DNA from: an uncultured Thermoleophilia bacterium
Lineage (GTDB): Bacteria > Actinomycetota > Thermoleophilia > UBA2241
Assembly (NCBI GenBank): GCA_963717965.1
Contig: CAVQXS010000004.1
Coordinates: forward strand, 81,118 to 145,117
Length of the DNA: 64,000 nucleotides
Reading direction: 5' to 3'
The notes beneath the pieces were generated by a model. It made no database searches. It was not told the origin of the DNA and worked only from the letters and a program-made list of their open reading frames with translations. This document shows, one piece after another, positions 50,623 through 60,309 of the stretch; position 1 is the stretch's first letter; every line of letters starts with the position of its first letter. A program made the translations under genes and the position numbers.

Positions 50623-51978
50623 TCAGCCGGGCAGCGACGCCGCTTCGTCGAGAGCCACGAGGTCCTCGCGAGACTGCGGGGCGCGGATGCGCAGCATCCT
50701 CGCGCCCTCGATCACCGCATAGGCGCCGGCCGTCGGACGGGCGTTGTACGGCGTCATGAGCTCCAGCGTGTAGGCGCCGGCGTCGTGGAACGCCAGCAGG
50801 TCGCCGGGCGCCGTCGCCGCCGGCAGCCGGCGGTACTCGGTGGCGTCGTCGCCGCCGAAGACGTCGCCGCCGTCGCAGAGGGGGCCGGCGACGCGGAAGC
50901 TCCCGTCCGCCGCCGCGTCCGGCCGGCTCACCGAGACCAGCGGGTAGTACCAGCCGTACAGCACGGGGTCGAAAAAAGTGTTGTAGCCGGCGTCGACCAG
51001 CAGCCACCGGTCCTCGGCGACCACACGGCCGCGCTGGTCGCGCAGCCGCTTGGTCTTCTCGCTCTCGACGCGCGTCACGAGGATCGCGGTGTCGGCGGCG
51101 ATGGAGCGGCCCGGCTCGACCCAGAGCTCGAGCGCCGGGCGGCGCCGGGCCACCACCTCGCCGATCGCGGCGGCGTAGTCCTCGATGCCGAGCCCCGTGA
51201 AGAAGTAGTCGTCGTCCGGGTGCAGGGGACGCTCGCGGTAGGCAACGGCGAAGCCGCCGCCCACGTCGAGCGCCGAGACGGTGACGCCGAGCTCGTGCTC
51301 GACCTCGTCCAGCAGGTCGAGCGCCACGCCGAGCGCGCGCAGGTACGGCTCGAGCGTGGTGATCTGTGAGCCGATGTGCAGGTGCAGGCCCTCGAGCCGC
51401 ACGTGCTCCGAGGCGGCGGCGAGGCGGAACGCGTCGAGCGCCTCGCCCCGGTCGATCCCGGCCTTGCCGCCGCTCGCGGTCTCGAGGCCGGGGTGCGTGC
51501 CACCGCTGACGTTGACGTCGACGCGCGGCAGCACGCGCGCCGGGCGGCCGAGGTCGCGCGCGACCTCGTCGATCCGGCGCAGCTCGCAGAGCGAGTCGGC
51601 GACGATGCCGCGGATGCCCGCCGTCACCGCCTCCTCCAGCTCCCGGCGGCTCTTGGCGACGCCGTTGAACACGAGCTGCTCGGGCGAGAAGCCGGCGCGC
51701 AGCGCCTTCCAGAGCTCGCCGCCGGAGTTGACCTCCGCGCCCGCCCCGGCGGCGCGGACCTGCTCAAGGAACCAGAGGTTGGAGCACGCCTTGCTGGCGA
51801 AGAACACGCGGCTCGCGGCGTGCCGTGACGCGAACGCCCGCCGCACACGCGCGACGTTGGCGGCGATCTGCGCCTGCGAGTAAAGGAAGAACGGCGTGTC
51901 GACCCGGCCGGCCAGGCCGGCGACGTCGACCCCGTCGAAGAGCAGCCGGCCGTCGCGCACCGACACGGTCTCCGCCAT
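50623..51978 (-). CDS. lysA: Diaminopimelate decarboxylase-like PLP enzyme (ODC/DapDC family)
   Basis: TPFFLYS…FFASKACSN…GGGF…EPGRS motifs. ATG 51978 with GGAGG RBS. Confidence 0.8.
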   Translation of the reverse strand: MAETVSVRDGRLLFDGVDVAGLAGRVDTPFFLYSQAQIAANVARVRRAFASRHAASRVFFASKACSNLWFLEQVRAAGAGAEVNSGGELWKALRAGFSPEQLVFNGVAKSRRELEEAVTAGIRGIVADSLCELRRIDEVARDLGRPARVLPRVDVNVSGGTHPGLETASGGKAGIDRGEALDAFRLAAASEHVRLEGLHLHIGSQITTLEPYLRALGVALDLLDEVEHELGVTVSALDVGGGFAVAYRERPLHPDDDYFFTGLGIEDYAAAIGEVVARRRPALELWVEPGRSIAADTAILVTRVESEKTKRLRDQRGRVVAEDRWLLVDAGYNTFFDPVLYGWYYPLVSVSRPDAAADGSFRVAGPLCDGGDVFGGDDATEYRRLPAATAPGDLLAFHDAGAYTLELMTPYNARPTAGAYAVIEGARMLRIRAPQSREDLVALDEAASLPG

Positions 51979-52175
51979 CGTCGTCACGACGCCTCCCCTC
52001 ACTACAACCGGCCTGAGCCGCCAGCCTAGCCCGAAGATGGGGCACGCGAAAGCCGAGGAGTGTCCGCCGCCGCGGCCGCCGCACGGTCCGTGGCCGCCCG
52101 CCCGCGGCGCCCCGCGTCGACCTCGCGTGAATACCAACCACGCAGGTCGGGTATAGACAGCGCTGGAGGGTGTCG

Positions 52176-52187
52176 AGGCGCGCCTCC
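52176..52187. promoter_or_regulatory. Perfect 12-bp GC palindrome GAGGCGCGCCTC just upstream of the tusA-like RBS
   Basis: Read directly, about 20 nt upstream of the TusA start. Confidence 0.25.
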
Positions 52188-52208
52188 GCACACGCGAAGG
52201 GAGACCAC

Positions 52209-52451
52209 ATGGCAGACGAACCGAAGCCCGCCCTCACGCTCGACTGCATCGGGCTGTACTGTCCCGAGCCGCTGTTCCAGACCCGCGAGAGCATCGACTC
52301 GATCGAGATCGGCGACGTGCTCGAGGTGATCGCCGACGACCCCGCCGCCGAGGAAGACCTCAAGCGCTTCGCCAAGCGCGCCGGCCATGAAGTCGTCGCC
52401 CTCGAGAACGACGGCGTCGAGCTCCGTATCCTCCTGCGCCGCCTCAAGTAG
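52209..52451 (+). CDS. TusA-like sulfurtransferase
   Basis: LDCIGLYCPEP conserved Cys-Pro-x-Pro motif. AAGGGAG RBS. Confidence 0.8.
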   Translation: MADEPKPALTLDCIGLYCPEPLFQTRESIDSIEIGDVLEVIADDPAAEEDLKRFAKRAGHEVVALENDGVELRILLRRLK

Positions 52452-52466
52452 ACCGAAAGGATCACC

Positions 52467-52829
52467 ATGGCCGATGAGAAGAACATCCTCTACGTGCAGA
52501 CCAGCAACCTCCCCGAGCGTCAGTACTCGCCGCTCGTCCTCGCCCAGAGCGCCAAGGCGATGGGCCTTGACGCCGCGGTCTACTACCTGGGCATGGGCCT
52601 GATGGTGCTCAAGCCCGGCGCCGCCGAGGAGATGCAGCTGGGCAGCTTCCCCAGCGTCGCCGAGATGCTCAAGAAGACCCTGGACATGGGCATCACCGTC
52701 TACGTCTGTGAGGCCTCCAAGCAGATGCTCGGCTGGGACACCGTCGAGCTGATCGACGGCGTCAAGATCGTCGGCGCGGCGACGCTCAACGACCTCGCCC
52801 TGGACGCCGATGCGACGATGTGGTTCTGA
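52467..52829 (+). CDS. DsrE/DsrF-like family protein
   Basis: DsrE-like fold pattern (ILYVQTS…VYVCEAS). GAAAGGA RBS. Confidence 0.75.
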   Translation: MADEKNILYVQTSNLPERQYSPLVLAQSAKAMGLDAAVYYLGMGLMVLKPGAAEEMQLGSFPSVAEMLKKTLDMGITVYVCEASKQMLGWDTVELIDGVKIVGAATLNDLALDADATMWF

Positions 52830-52837
52830 GGCGGGCC

Positions 52838-54076
52838 ATGGCGACGACCGCGACCCCCGAACTCACCTTGACCGACCCCGGTGACGCGCTGCAGAGCGCC
52901 GGGGTCGTGTACGCCGACTACCAGAGCGCCAAGCCCGTCGACCCGCGCGTGGTCGCGGCGATGCTGCCGTACCTCACCGAGAAGTTCGGCAACGCCGCCT
53001 CCCTGCACGGCGTCGGCGACGTGGCCACGGCGGCGCTCGAGGAGGCGCGCGGCCGGGTCGCCGCGTTCTTCGGCGCCGAGCCGCGCGAGATCGTCTTCAC
53101 CGGAGGCGCCACCGAGGCCACCAACCTCGGCATCATCGGCTACGCGCTGCGCAACAAGCGCAAGGGCGACCACGTGATCATCAGCGAGGCCGAGCACATC
53201 AGCGTGCTCAACATCGCCAAGTACCTCGAGAAGAACGGCTTTCGGGTGACGCGCGCGCCGATCGACCTGCACGGGCGCGTCTCGCCGAAGAAGCTGCGCG
53301 CCCGCATCACCGACGAGACGATCCTCGTCTCCGTGCAGTGGGCGAGCAGCGAGATCGGCACGCTCCAGCCCATCGCCGAGATCGCCGAGATGCTCGACGG
53401 CACCGGCATCGCCCTGCACAGCGACGCCGTCGCCGCCGAGGGCCTCGTCCCGATTGACACCAGCGCCGTGCCGGTGAGCCTGCTCAGCCTCTCGAGCAAC
53501 GACCTGTACGGACCGCGCGGCCTCGGCGCCCTCTACGTCCGCCAGGGCGTGCAGGTCGCGCCCGTCCTGCTCGGCGGCGGTCAGGAGCGCGGCCTGCGCT
53601 CCGGCAGCGAGGACCTTGCCAGCATCGTCGGCATGGCCGCGGCGGCCGACATCCTCGGCGCCGAGATGGATGAGGAGGTGCCGCGCATCAAGGCGATCCG
53701 CGACCGGCTCGTCGAGCGCGTGCTGGCCGAGATCCCCGACGCGTACCTGAACGGCCACCCCGAGCAACGGCTGCCGAACAACGCCCACTTCCGCTTCGAG
53801 GCGGTCGAGGGAGAGGCGATGGTGCTGTCGCTGCGTGACGCCGGCATCGCCGCGTCGACGGGCTCCGCCTGCAGCTCCAAGACCCTCGAGCCGTCGCACA
53901 CGCTCATCTCGTGCGGCCTGCTGCACGAGGAGGCGCACGGCTCGCTCGAGTTCACCTTCGGGCGCTGGAGCACGATGGAGGACGTCGAGCGCATCATGGC
54001 CGCGCTCCCCGGCGTGATCGCCCGCCTGCGTGCGCTCTCGCCCCTGTATAAGACACACGCTCCCGCGACGCCGTGA
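52838..54076 (+). CDS. Cysteine desulfurase (NifS/IscS family, class V aminotransferase)
   Basis: PLP-lysine region (SSNDLYGPRGLGALYV). Active-site Cys loop (STGSACSS). Confidence 0.9.
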   Translation: MATTATPELTLTDPGDALQSAGVVYADYQSAKPVDPRVVAAMLPYLTEKFGNAASLHGVGDVATAALEEARGRVAAFFGAEPREIVFTGGATEATNLGIIGYALRNKRKGDHVIISEAEHISVLNIAKYLEKNGFRVTRAPIDLHGRVSPKKLRARITDETILVSVQWASSEIGTLQPIAEIAEMLDGTGIALHSDAVAAEGLVPIDTSAVPVSLLSLSSNDLYGPRGLGALYVRQGVQVAPVLLGGGQERGLRSGSEDLASIVGMAAAADILGAEMDEEVPRIKAIRDRLVERVLAEIPDAYLNGHPEQRLPNNAHFRFEAVEGEAMVLSLRDAGIAASTGSACSSKTLEPSHTLISCGLLHEEAHGSLEFTFGRWSTMEDVERIMAALPGVIARLRALSPLYKTHAPATP

Positions 54077-54113
54077 CCGCCGCGACATCCGCTCACCCGA
54101 AAGGCTCCGACCG

Positions 54114-54926
54114 ATGAAATCGACGCAGTACACCGAGAAGACCCTCGAGCACTTCCGCAACCCGCGCAACGTGGGGACGCTGGAGGGCGAGAACGTCGCC
54201 GTCGGCCGCGTGGGCAACCCCGTCTGCGGCGACATGATGGACATCTACATCCGTGTAACGCCCGACGACACCATCGAAGACATCAAGTTCCAGACGTTCG
54301 GCTGCGGCTCCGCCGTCGCGACCTCCAGCATGATCACCGAGCTCGTCATGGGCATGACGCTCGACGACGCGCTCAAGGTCACCCGCGGCGACGTCGCCGA
54401 CGCGCTCGAGGGCCTGCCGCCGATCAAGATGCACTGCAGCAACCTGGCGGCCGACGCGCTGCACGAGGCGATCAAGAACTGGCGCGAGGGCGTCGGCCCG
54501 GAGGACGCCAAGAAGACGCCGGGCGGCACCGCGTGCCACCCGATCCCGGCACAGGTGGCCGAGGTCGAGATCCAGAAGCTGGACGAGTACGAGGGCAAGG
54601 GCCTGTACCGCCGCGTGGCCGTGGACGAGCTGACCCAGCTGGCTGATGAGCGCGTCGTCGTGCTCGACACCGGCGACCGCGCCGCGCAGCTGGCCATGGA
54701 CCTCACCGACCACACCGGGCGCGTCGTGCTGATGACGACGGGCAAGGAGCCGAGCGTCAGCCCCGCCGTCCGCTCAGCCCTGCGCCTCAGCGACGTCAAG
54801 GTGCTGGCTGAGGCGCAGCCGCTCGAGCTGCTCGGAGAGGGCGAGCTCGAGCGCATCCGCGTGCACGACCTCAACGAGGACGAGGAGTACGAGCTCACGG
54901 CCGACGCCTTCGTGGTGCTCGAGTAG
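54114..54926 (+). CDS. NifU/IscU-type Fe-S scaffold N-terminal domain fused to a C-terminal domain resembling a truncated pyridine-nucleotide-disulfide oxidoreductase fragment
   Basis: IscU motifs (NPVCGD…FGCGSAVATSS…MHCS). About 130-aa C-terminal extension of unclear origin. Confidence 0.8.
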   Translation: MKSTQYTEKTLEHFRNPRNVGTLEGENVAVGRVGNPVCGDMMDIYIRVTPDDTIEDIKFQTFGCGSAVATSSMITELVMGMTLDDALKVTRGDVADALEGLPPIKMHCSNLAADALHEAIKNWREGVGPEDAKKTPGGTACHPIPAQVAEVEIQKLDEYEGKGLYRRVAVDELTQLADERVVVLDTGDRAAQLAMDLTDHTGRVVLMTTGKEPSVSPAVRSALRLSDVKVLAEAQPLELLGEGELERIRVHDLNEDEEYELTADAFVVLE

Positions 54927-54992
54927 GAGCCGCCGCGCGCCGGATCCCGGCGGCGCGGCGCCCGTACGCAGCGATGGGGCGGGTGGCCCTAG

Positions 54993-55019
54993 GAGGCGTG
55001 CATCTTCGATGCACGCCTC
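54993..55019. terminator. Perfect hairpin GAGGCGTGCATC-ttc-GATGCACGCCTC between convergent nifU-like and rubrerythrin genes
   Basis: 12-bp stem with a 3-nt loop, read directly. Further GC hairpins lie at 54930-54965 and 55060-55110. Confidence 0.6.
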
Positions 55020-55119
55020 GATGAGCCGACTACGTGGCTCATTCGGCCACCCGCCCCGTCGTCGTACGGAGGCGGCCCGGCGAGACGGATGGAGTCGTCC
55101 GGCCGGGCCGCCGTCTCCA

Positions 55120-55698
55120 TCAGTAGTTCTCGGCGAACACCTCGAAGTACGACTGCGGATGCGTGCACGTGGGGCACAGCTTGGGCGCCTTGGGGCCCTC
55201 GTGGACGTAGCCGCACTTGCGGCACATCCACTTCACCTTGTCGGCCTTCTGGAACACCTCGTCGTTCTCGACGCTGGCGAGGAGCCTGCGGTAGCGCGCC
55301 TCGTGCATCGACTCGGCCTTGGCCACCATGCGGAAAGTCGTGGCGACGTCTTTGAAGCCCTCCTGCTCGGCGACCTCGGCGAAGGACGGGTAGAGGTCGG
55401 TCCACTCCTCCTGCTCGCCGGCGGCGGCGGCGGCGAGGTGCTCGGCCGTCGTGCCCTCCAGCGGGCCGGCCGGGTACGCGGCGGTGATCTCGACCACGCC
55501 GCCCTCGAGGTGCTTGAAGAAGCGCTTGGCGTGCTGGCGCTCATGCTCGGCGGTCTGGAGGAAGATGGCGCCGATCTGCTCGAAGCCGTCCTTCTGTGCC
55601 GCCTTGGCGTAGAACGTGTAGCGGTTGCGTGCCTGGCTCTCGCCGGCGAACGCCTTGAGGAGGTTCTGCTCGGTCTTGCTGCCCTTGAGGCCGGCCAT
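55120..55698 (-). CDS. Rubrerythrin
   Basis: Ferritin-like diiron ExxH motifs plus C-terminal rubredoxin CxxC…CxxC (CRKCGY…CPTC). ATG 55698 with AAAGGAG RBS. Confidence 0.9.
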   Translation of the reverse strand: MAGLKGSKTEQNLLKAFAGESQARNRYTFYAKAAQKDGFEQIGAIFLQTAEHERQHAKRFFKHLEGGVVEITAAYPAGPLEGTTAEHLAAAAAGEQEEWTDLYPSFAEVAEQEGFKDVATTFRMVAKAESMHEARYRRLLASVENDEVFQKADKVKWMCRKCGYVHEGPKAPKLCPTCTHPQSYFEVFAENY

Positions 55699-55781
55699 CG
55701 TGGCTCCTTTCGTGGGGTCCCTGAGCCGAAGTCTACCGCCTCCAGCCGCCGAACCCGCAACCGCGCCCCGGCGCCGCCGCG

Positions 55782-56681
55782 TCAGGGCGCCGGCAGATCG
55801 ACACCCGCCTCGGCGGCTCCGCCGCTGGTCCAGCTCGCCCCGGCGGCGGCGGCCATCACGGCCGCCATGGCCGCCGCCTCGAGCGGCGAGATGCGCTGGC
55901 CGAGCACGATGAGCGCGGCCAGCGTGGCGACCGCCGGCTCGATGCTGAGCAGGACGCCGTAGGTGGCGGCGCGGACGCGGCGGATCGCCACCATCTCGAG
56001 GAAGTACGGGAAGGCGGACGACGCCACGGCGATCACGATGCCCAGGGCCACGGCGTCCCAGTGGCCGGAGAGGAGCACGCCGTCGATGAGCAGCAGAGGC
56101 GTGGCGAGGACCGTGGCGCCGACCATCATGAGGGCCGCGACCGAGAGCGGGTCCATGCCGGTCACGGCGCGCTTGGCGAGGAGCAGGTAGACGCCCCAGC
56201 AGACGCCGGCCGAGAGCGCCAGCAGCAGGCCGAGGCCGGTGGCCGAGCCGGAGGGGCCGGCGAGCACGACGACGCCCGCGCCGGCCAGCACGATCCACAG
56301 CCAGTCGAGCCGGCGTCGCGTGCCGAGCACGGCGACCCCCAGCGGCCCGACGAACTCGATGGCGACGACGATGCCGACGGGGATCCGGCTGATTGCGCCG
56401 TAGAAGCTCAGGTTCATGAGGAAGAGGGTCAGCGCGAGGGCCGCCAGCGGCAGGCGATGGCCGCGCGGCGGCGGGCGCCGCAGGCAACTGGGGCGGATGA
56501 CGACGAGGAGCAGCGCCGCGAAGGCGGTGCGCAGCCACAGCGCCTCGGCCACGCCGACCGACTCGATCACGCGCACGGCGAGCGCCGAGCCGGTCTGGAT
56601 GGAGAGCGTGAGGACGACGACCAGTACCGCCGCATACGCGGCGTCGCGTCGCTCCGGGCGGCTGTCGGGCCCCTCGTTCAC
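55782..56681 (-). CDS. EamA/DMT family transporter
   Basis: Ten TM helices in two EamA repeats. Confidence 0.8.
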   Translation of the reverse strand: MNEGPDSRPERRDAAYAAVLVVVLTLSIQTGSALAVRVIESVGVAEALWLRTAFAALLLVVIRPSCLRRPPPRGHRLPLAALALTLFLMNLSFYGAISRIPVGIVVAIEFVGPLGVAVLGTRRRLDWLWIVLAGAGVVVLAGPSGSATGLGLLLALSAGVCWGVYLLLAKRAVTGMDPLSVAALMMVGATVLATPLLLIDGVLLSGHWDAVALGIVIAVASSAFPYFLEMVAIRRVRAATYGVLLSIEPAVATLAALIVLGQRISPLEAAAMAAVMAAAAGASWTSGGAAEAGVDLPAP

Positions 56682-56796
56682 GGCGCGAGTCTACCGGCAT
56701 ACGAAGCTTGTCGCGTGAGGGCCGGTATGGTACCTTTTCGGCCTCCCCATTTGTGGACCAATCCACTCCCCTTATCCCGACGCAGCGAGGATCGAC

Positions 56797-58278
56797 GTGA
56801 GCGCGAGGCCGAAGACTCCCACCCATGCGGAGGACGACCCGCAGGCCGTCATGTACGGCCACCCCGTCCAGGAAAACGCCTTCGCGGTGCGCGATCTCGT
56901 CCACAAGCTCCCCGGCGTAGGGCTCTTCGACCTGCGCCGCACCGAGGATGGCGCCCACGCCTGCACCTTCTGCGGCGCCTGCCAGAAGAAGTGCCCGGTG
57001 GAGTGCATCGACGTGCGCCGCGACCCCTCGCGCTCTCACGGCAAGGGCAAGGACCGCCACTTCGCCGGCACGATCACCATCGACGAGCGGCGCTGCATCA
57101 CCTGCGGCCACTGCGTCGAGGTGTGCCCGTTCGACGCCCTCGTGCCCACCGAGCTGTACGAGGAGCACCGCCGCGGGGTCCAGGAGCTGGCCCTCAAGCC
57201 GCCGCAGCTCTCCAGCGGCCACGGCCTCTGCAGCGGCTGCGGCGCCTCGATCGTCGTGAACCAGGTCCTCTCGCAGGTCGAGAGTCACCACGTCGTCTCC
57301 GGCGCCACCGGCTGCCTCGAGGTGTCCACCACGCGCTACCCCTACACCGCCTGGAAGGGCAGCTACATCCACACCAACTTCGAGAACGCCGCCGCCACGC
57401 TCTCGGGCGTCGAGACCGCCTTTCGCGCGCTGCGCAAGCGCGGCAAGCTCGAGGACCGCGTCAAGTTCATCGCCTTCGGCGGCGACGGCGGCACCTACGA
57501 CATCGGCCTGCAGGCTTTGTCTGGGGCGATGGAGCGCGGCCACGACATGCTCTACGTGTGCTACGACAACGGCGCCTACATGAACACCGGCTTCCAGCGC
57601 TCCAGCGCGACGCCGCACGGGGCGTGGACGACCACCAGCCCCGTCGGCTCGGACCTGCCGGGCAAGATGGGCCACAGCAAGAACCTCACCGAGATCATGG
57701 TGGCCCACCGCCTGCCCTACGTGGCGCAGTCCTCGCCGCACGACCCGCAGGACCTCATCCACAAGGCGTCCAAGGCGCTCGCTATCAACGGCCCCACCTT
57801 CCTCAACGTCCTCTCCCCGTGTCCCCGCGGCTGGCGCACCGACAACGACGAGGGCATCGAGCTCAGCCGCCTCGCCACCGACTGCTGCTACTGGCCGCTC
57901 TTCGAGGTGAACGAGGGCAGGTACCGCCTGACGTACCGGCCGCGTCACAAGCAGCCGCTCGGCAAGTGGCTGGAGCGCCAGGGCCGCTTCGCCCACCTGG
58001 CGCTGCCCGGCAACGAGCACATGCTCGAGCAGCTGCAGGAGTGGGTCGACTTCGAGTGGGACCTCCTCCTGCGCAAGTGCGACGAGATCCCCGAGGACCA
58101 GTGGGACAAGGCGAGCAGCCGCCACAAGGCGGAGCCGTTCGTCATGCACCCGAGCAGGGCGCACCTCGAGTCGCTGGGCGAGCCGCTCACCGCGAGCATG
58201 ACCTACACCGCGCTCGACTGGGACGACTTCGACTGGGGCCGGCACTCGGGCATGCAGGACGGCGCGTTCGAAGATTAG
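56797..58278 (+). CDS. 2-oxoacid:ferredoxin oxidoreductase fused delta (2x[4Fe-4S] ferredoxin) + beta (TPP-binding) subunit
   Basis: Two CxxCxxCxxxCP motifs, then the TPP motif ([16 protein letters not shown]…[10 protein letters not shown]). No alpha/gamma subunit gene adjacent. Start GTG 56797; alternative ATG 56851. Confidence 0.8.
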   Translation: MSARPKTPTHAEDDPQAVMYGHPVQENAFAVRDLVHKLPGVGLFDLRRTEDGAHACTFCGACQKKCPVECIDVRRDPSRSHGKGKDRHFAGTITIDERRCITCGHCVEVCPFDALVPTELYEEHRRGVQELALKPPQLSSGHGLCSGCGASIVVNQVLSQVESHHVVSGATGCLEVSTTRYPYTAWKGSYIHTNFENAAATLSGVETAFRALRKRGKLEDRVKFIAFGGDGGTYDIGLQALSGAMERGHDMLYVCYDNGAYMNTGFQRSSATPHGAWTTTSPVGSDLPGKMGHSKNLTEIMVAHRLPYVAQSSPHDPQDLIHKASKALAINGPTFLNVLSPCPRGWRTDNDEGIELSRLATDCCYWPLFEVNEGRYRLTYRPRHKQPLGKWLERQGRFAHLALPGNEHMLEQLQEWVDFEWDLLLRKCDEIPEDQWDKASSRHKAEPFVMHPSRAHLESLGEPLTASMTYTALDWDDFDWGRHSGMQDGAFED

Positions 58279-58528
58279 CGCGCGGCGGTGAGGCCCAGGC
58301 CAGAGTCGTCCCATCGCGGCAGGCTCGGCGCTTCTTGCGGCGGGATCGTAGTGCTGGCGCCGGAGCCGTTGTCGATGCCCTCGATCCTCAGGCTGAGCGT
58401 CACCCACGGGTCTCGAGGACCGGAAAGCACCCACGCAAGGCGGACCTCGGAGTCCAGGTGAAAGACGCCGAGATTCGCGAGCGAGCCAAATCGATGTACT
58501 CGTCGGGCAGGTGCCCCGGCATGCCGTT

Positions 58529-58774
58529 TCAGAGCGGGTCGCTGGACTGTGCGCCGTCGTCGCTGACCGCTGCGGTCCACTGCGTCCCGTCCCAGTAGCG
58601 GTACTGATGACGCTGCATCGGGTCGGTGAGCCAGCCGGGCGGAGTGACGACCGGCGCAGGCCCCTGGCGTCGTCCCGTGCGCCGCACGCCGGCGACGATC
58701 GCCACCACGACGATGACGGGGATGGCAACCAGGAACAGCATGATGATGAGTTCAGGTGCCCCGAGGTTCGGCAT
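58529..58774 (-). CDS. DUF2510-like small membrane protein
   Basis: TM helix followed by a GWLTDP…[10 protein letters not shown] motif. A 58275..58580 ORF downstream in another frame is of uncertain status. Confidence 0.55.
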   Translation of the reverse strand: MPNLGAPELIIMLFLVAIPVIVVVAIVAGVRRTGRRQGPAPVVTPPGWLTDPMQRHQYRYWDGTQWTAAVSDDGAQSSDPL

Positions 58775-58863
58775 GCGACCCTCTCAGTCGAGGACTGGAA
58801 ACGCTTCGAGTTGCTCTGCCCGATGCACCGCGCATAACCTGCGCGGGGTACGGTCTGAGGTTA

Positions 58864-59229
58864 CTACAGACACCGCTGGGAGCGGTGGGGGGTTGATGCG
58901 CTCCGTCCTTTCGACCCGCTCACTCCGCACTCCGATAGCTCGAGCTGCCGCTCGCCGCGCCAGACCCGGACCACACGCACACACTCTGCGTCGATCCGGT
59001 ACACGATGCGGAAGGGCGGATGGATGATCTCGCGCAACTGAGCGAGTCCGAACTCCGGCACCACGCGGCCACTCTCCGGGAAGTCGGCGAGTCGCTCGAC
59101 GTGCTCGACGACCTCACGCAGAAGGCGCTCCCCGACCTCGGCGGCCTGCCGCTCGGCGTACCAGGTGCGAATCGCCTCGAGGTCAGCGACGGCGGAGACA
59201 GCGAAGCTGATGCGCGTCCGGCCGGCCAA
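58864..59229 (-). CDS. Type II toxin-antitoxin system RelE/ParE family toxin
   Basis: FRIVYRIDAECVRVVRVWRGER signature. TTG start 1 nt after the antitoxin stop. The C-terminal tail is longer than typical. Confidence 0.7.
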   Translation of the reverse strand: MAGRTRISFAVSAVADLEAIRTWYAERQAAEVGERLLREVVEHVERLADFPESGRVVPEFGLAQLREIIHPPFRIVYRIDAECVRVVRVWRGERQLELSECGVSGSKGRSASTPHRSQRCL

Positions 59230-59230
59230 G

Positions 59231-59506
59231 CTAGTCGAGGCCCAGCCGCTGCCTGACCTCGGCGAGCTCGAGCTCGCGCCCCGCCTCCAGGTCCATGATG
59301 CCCTCGACCACGCCGCGCAGGAAGTCGCGCTCCTCGGCCTCGGCCTCGTACTCGGTGAGCGCCTGCACGACCGCTACGGGGCGCCCGCGACTGGTGAGCA
59401 GCACCGGCCTGTGGGTCTCGTCGACCTGATGCACGACCCTGCCGGGGTTCGCCTTCAGGTCGCTGAGCGGTACGACGTCCTCCGAGAACTTGGGTGCGTT
59501 GCGCAT
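59231..59506 (-). CDS. Type II toxin-antitoxin system Phd/YefM family antitoxin
   Basis: Phd/YefM N-terminal pattern (…LSDLKANPGRVVHQVDETHRPVLLTSRGRPVAVVQAL.EYE…). Confidence 0.7.
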   Translation of the reverse strand: MRNAPKFSEDVVPLSDLKANPGRVVHQVDETHRPVLLTSRGRPVAVVQALTEYEAEAEERDFLRGVVEGIMDLEAGRELELAEVRQRLGLD

Positions 59507-59709
59507 CGTTCCTCCGCTTGGAGCCCAGTATACGGTACCGACTATAGCACCAGTCTAGAGAGCCGGGAAGAGGACGCTCCGCTCGTATCGCCGCATCGGC
59601 CCGGGTTCGCCGAACGCACCGCGGATAAGCTGCGAGCGCGCCGACTTCTGATGCCAACGTCGGCGCTTCTGCGAGCCAGCTTGATCCGCCTGCTAGGCAC
59701 CCGAACGAC

Positions 59710-60006
59710 CTACCACTTCGGCCCGACTCTACCGTTGACGTCGTCACGCCACGACGGCTGCTTGCGCAACGAGGTCGCCTCATCCTGGTCCGCCGCGCTC
59801 GGACCGTCGGGTCGCGGCACCGTGCGAGCCCGCGTCGCCGTCTGCGAGCGCCGCACAGCCAGAACCAACGCGACAGTCAAGACCGCGGCGATACCGAGCC
59901 CCACGATGCCCGCGATGCGCAGCGGCGGCGAGAGGACGATCGCGAGCACGGCGAGCAGGTAGAGCGCGAGATCGCAGCCGATCAGGATGAGGGGAGAACG
60001 CTTCAT
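59710..60006 (-). CDS. Hypothetical small membrane protein
   Basis: ATG 60006. Two hydrophobic helices. GC3-biased. Confidence 0.4.
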   Translation of the reverse strand: MKRSPLILIGCDLALYLLAVLAIVLSPPLRIAGIVGLGIAAVLTVALVLAVRRSQTATRARTVPRPDGPSAADQDEATSLRKQPSWRDDVNGRVGPKW

Positions 60007-60039
60007 CAAGCACCGATCACCTTCGACCTCGGTTCCGCG

Positions 60040-60300
60040 TGCCTAACTACTATTCTGCAGTGCATAAGACCCCGATGCAGCTGCCGGCTTCTGCATGAGA
60101 CCCTAGCATGGGCTCGGCAGAACGCCGATAGCAGACTGCAGAAGTCCGTCCGTTTGGCGGGAGGTGTCGACCCGCGACTCCGGGTCGCGTCAATTGACCA
60201 AGGTCATGGGCTGCTCCCGCCGGGGACCGGGTATCTTCAGTCACAGGACGAATGAGCCGGGCCGGCGGGCGAGAGGCTGCCCGGCCCGCCGACGAGGACG
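60040..60300. other. Candidate structured RNA / cis-regulatory leader (GC about 55% vs 72% background, nested inverted repeats)
   Basis: TTCTGCAGT (60052) pairs with ACTGCAGAA (60135) and encloses ATGCAG…CTGCAT. Hairpins CGCGAC-tccggg-GTCGCG and GCCGGGC…GCCCGGC. TGACC-aa-GGTCA palindrome at 60194. Confidence 0.3.
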
Positions 60301-60309
60301 GTGATCGGC

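Noticed and set aside
58275-58580. 101-aa minus-strand ORF overlapping the DUF2510 gene end
   Set aside because: Moderately protein-like, but no start with an RBS and no recognisable motif. Could be a real small gene or the tail of a frameshifted DUF2510 gene; left uncalled.
56700-58728. Upstream 1000 aa of the 1202-aa minus-strand ORF ending in rubrerythrin
   Set aside because: Different frame from the EamA gene and antisense to the POR gene. Only the rubrerythrin part (55120..55698) is supported.
60225-60270. Cobalamin riboswitch B12-box call
   Set aside because: AGTCACAGGAC…GCCGGGCC only loosely resembles the B12 box consensus and the rest of the conserved core was not found. Left as a generic structured-RNA candidate.
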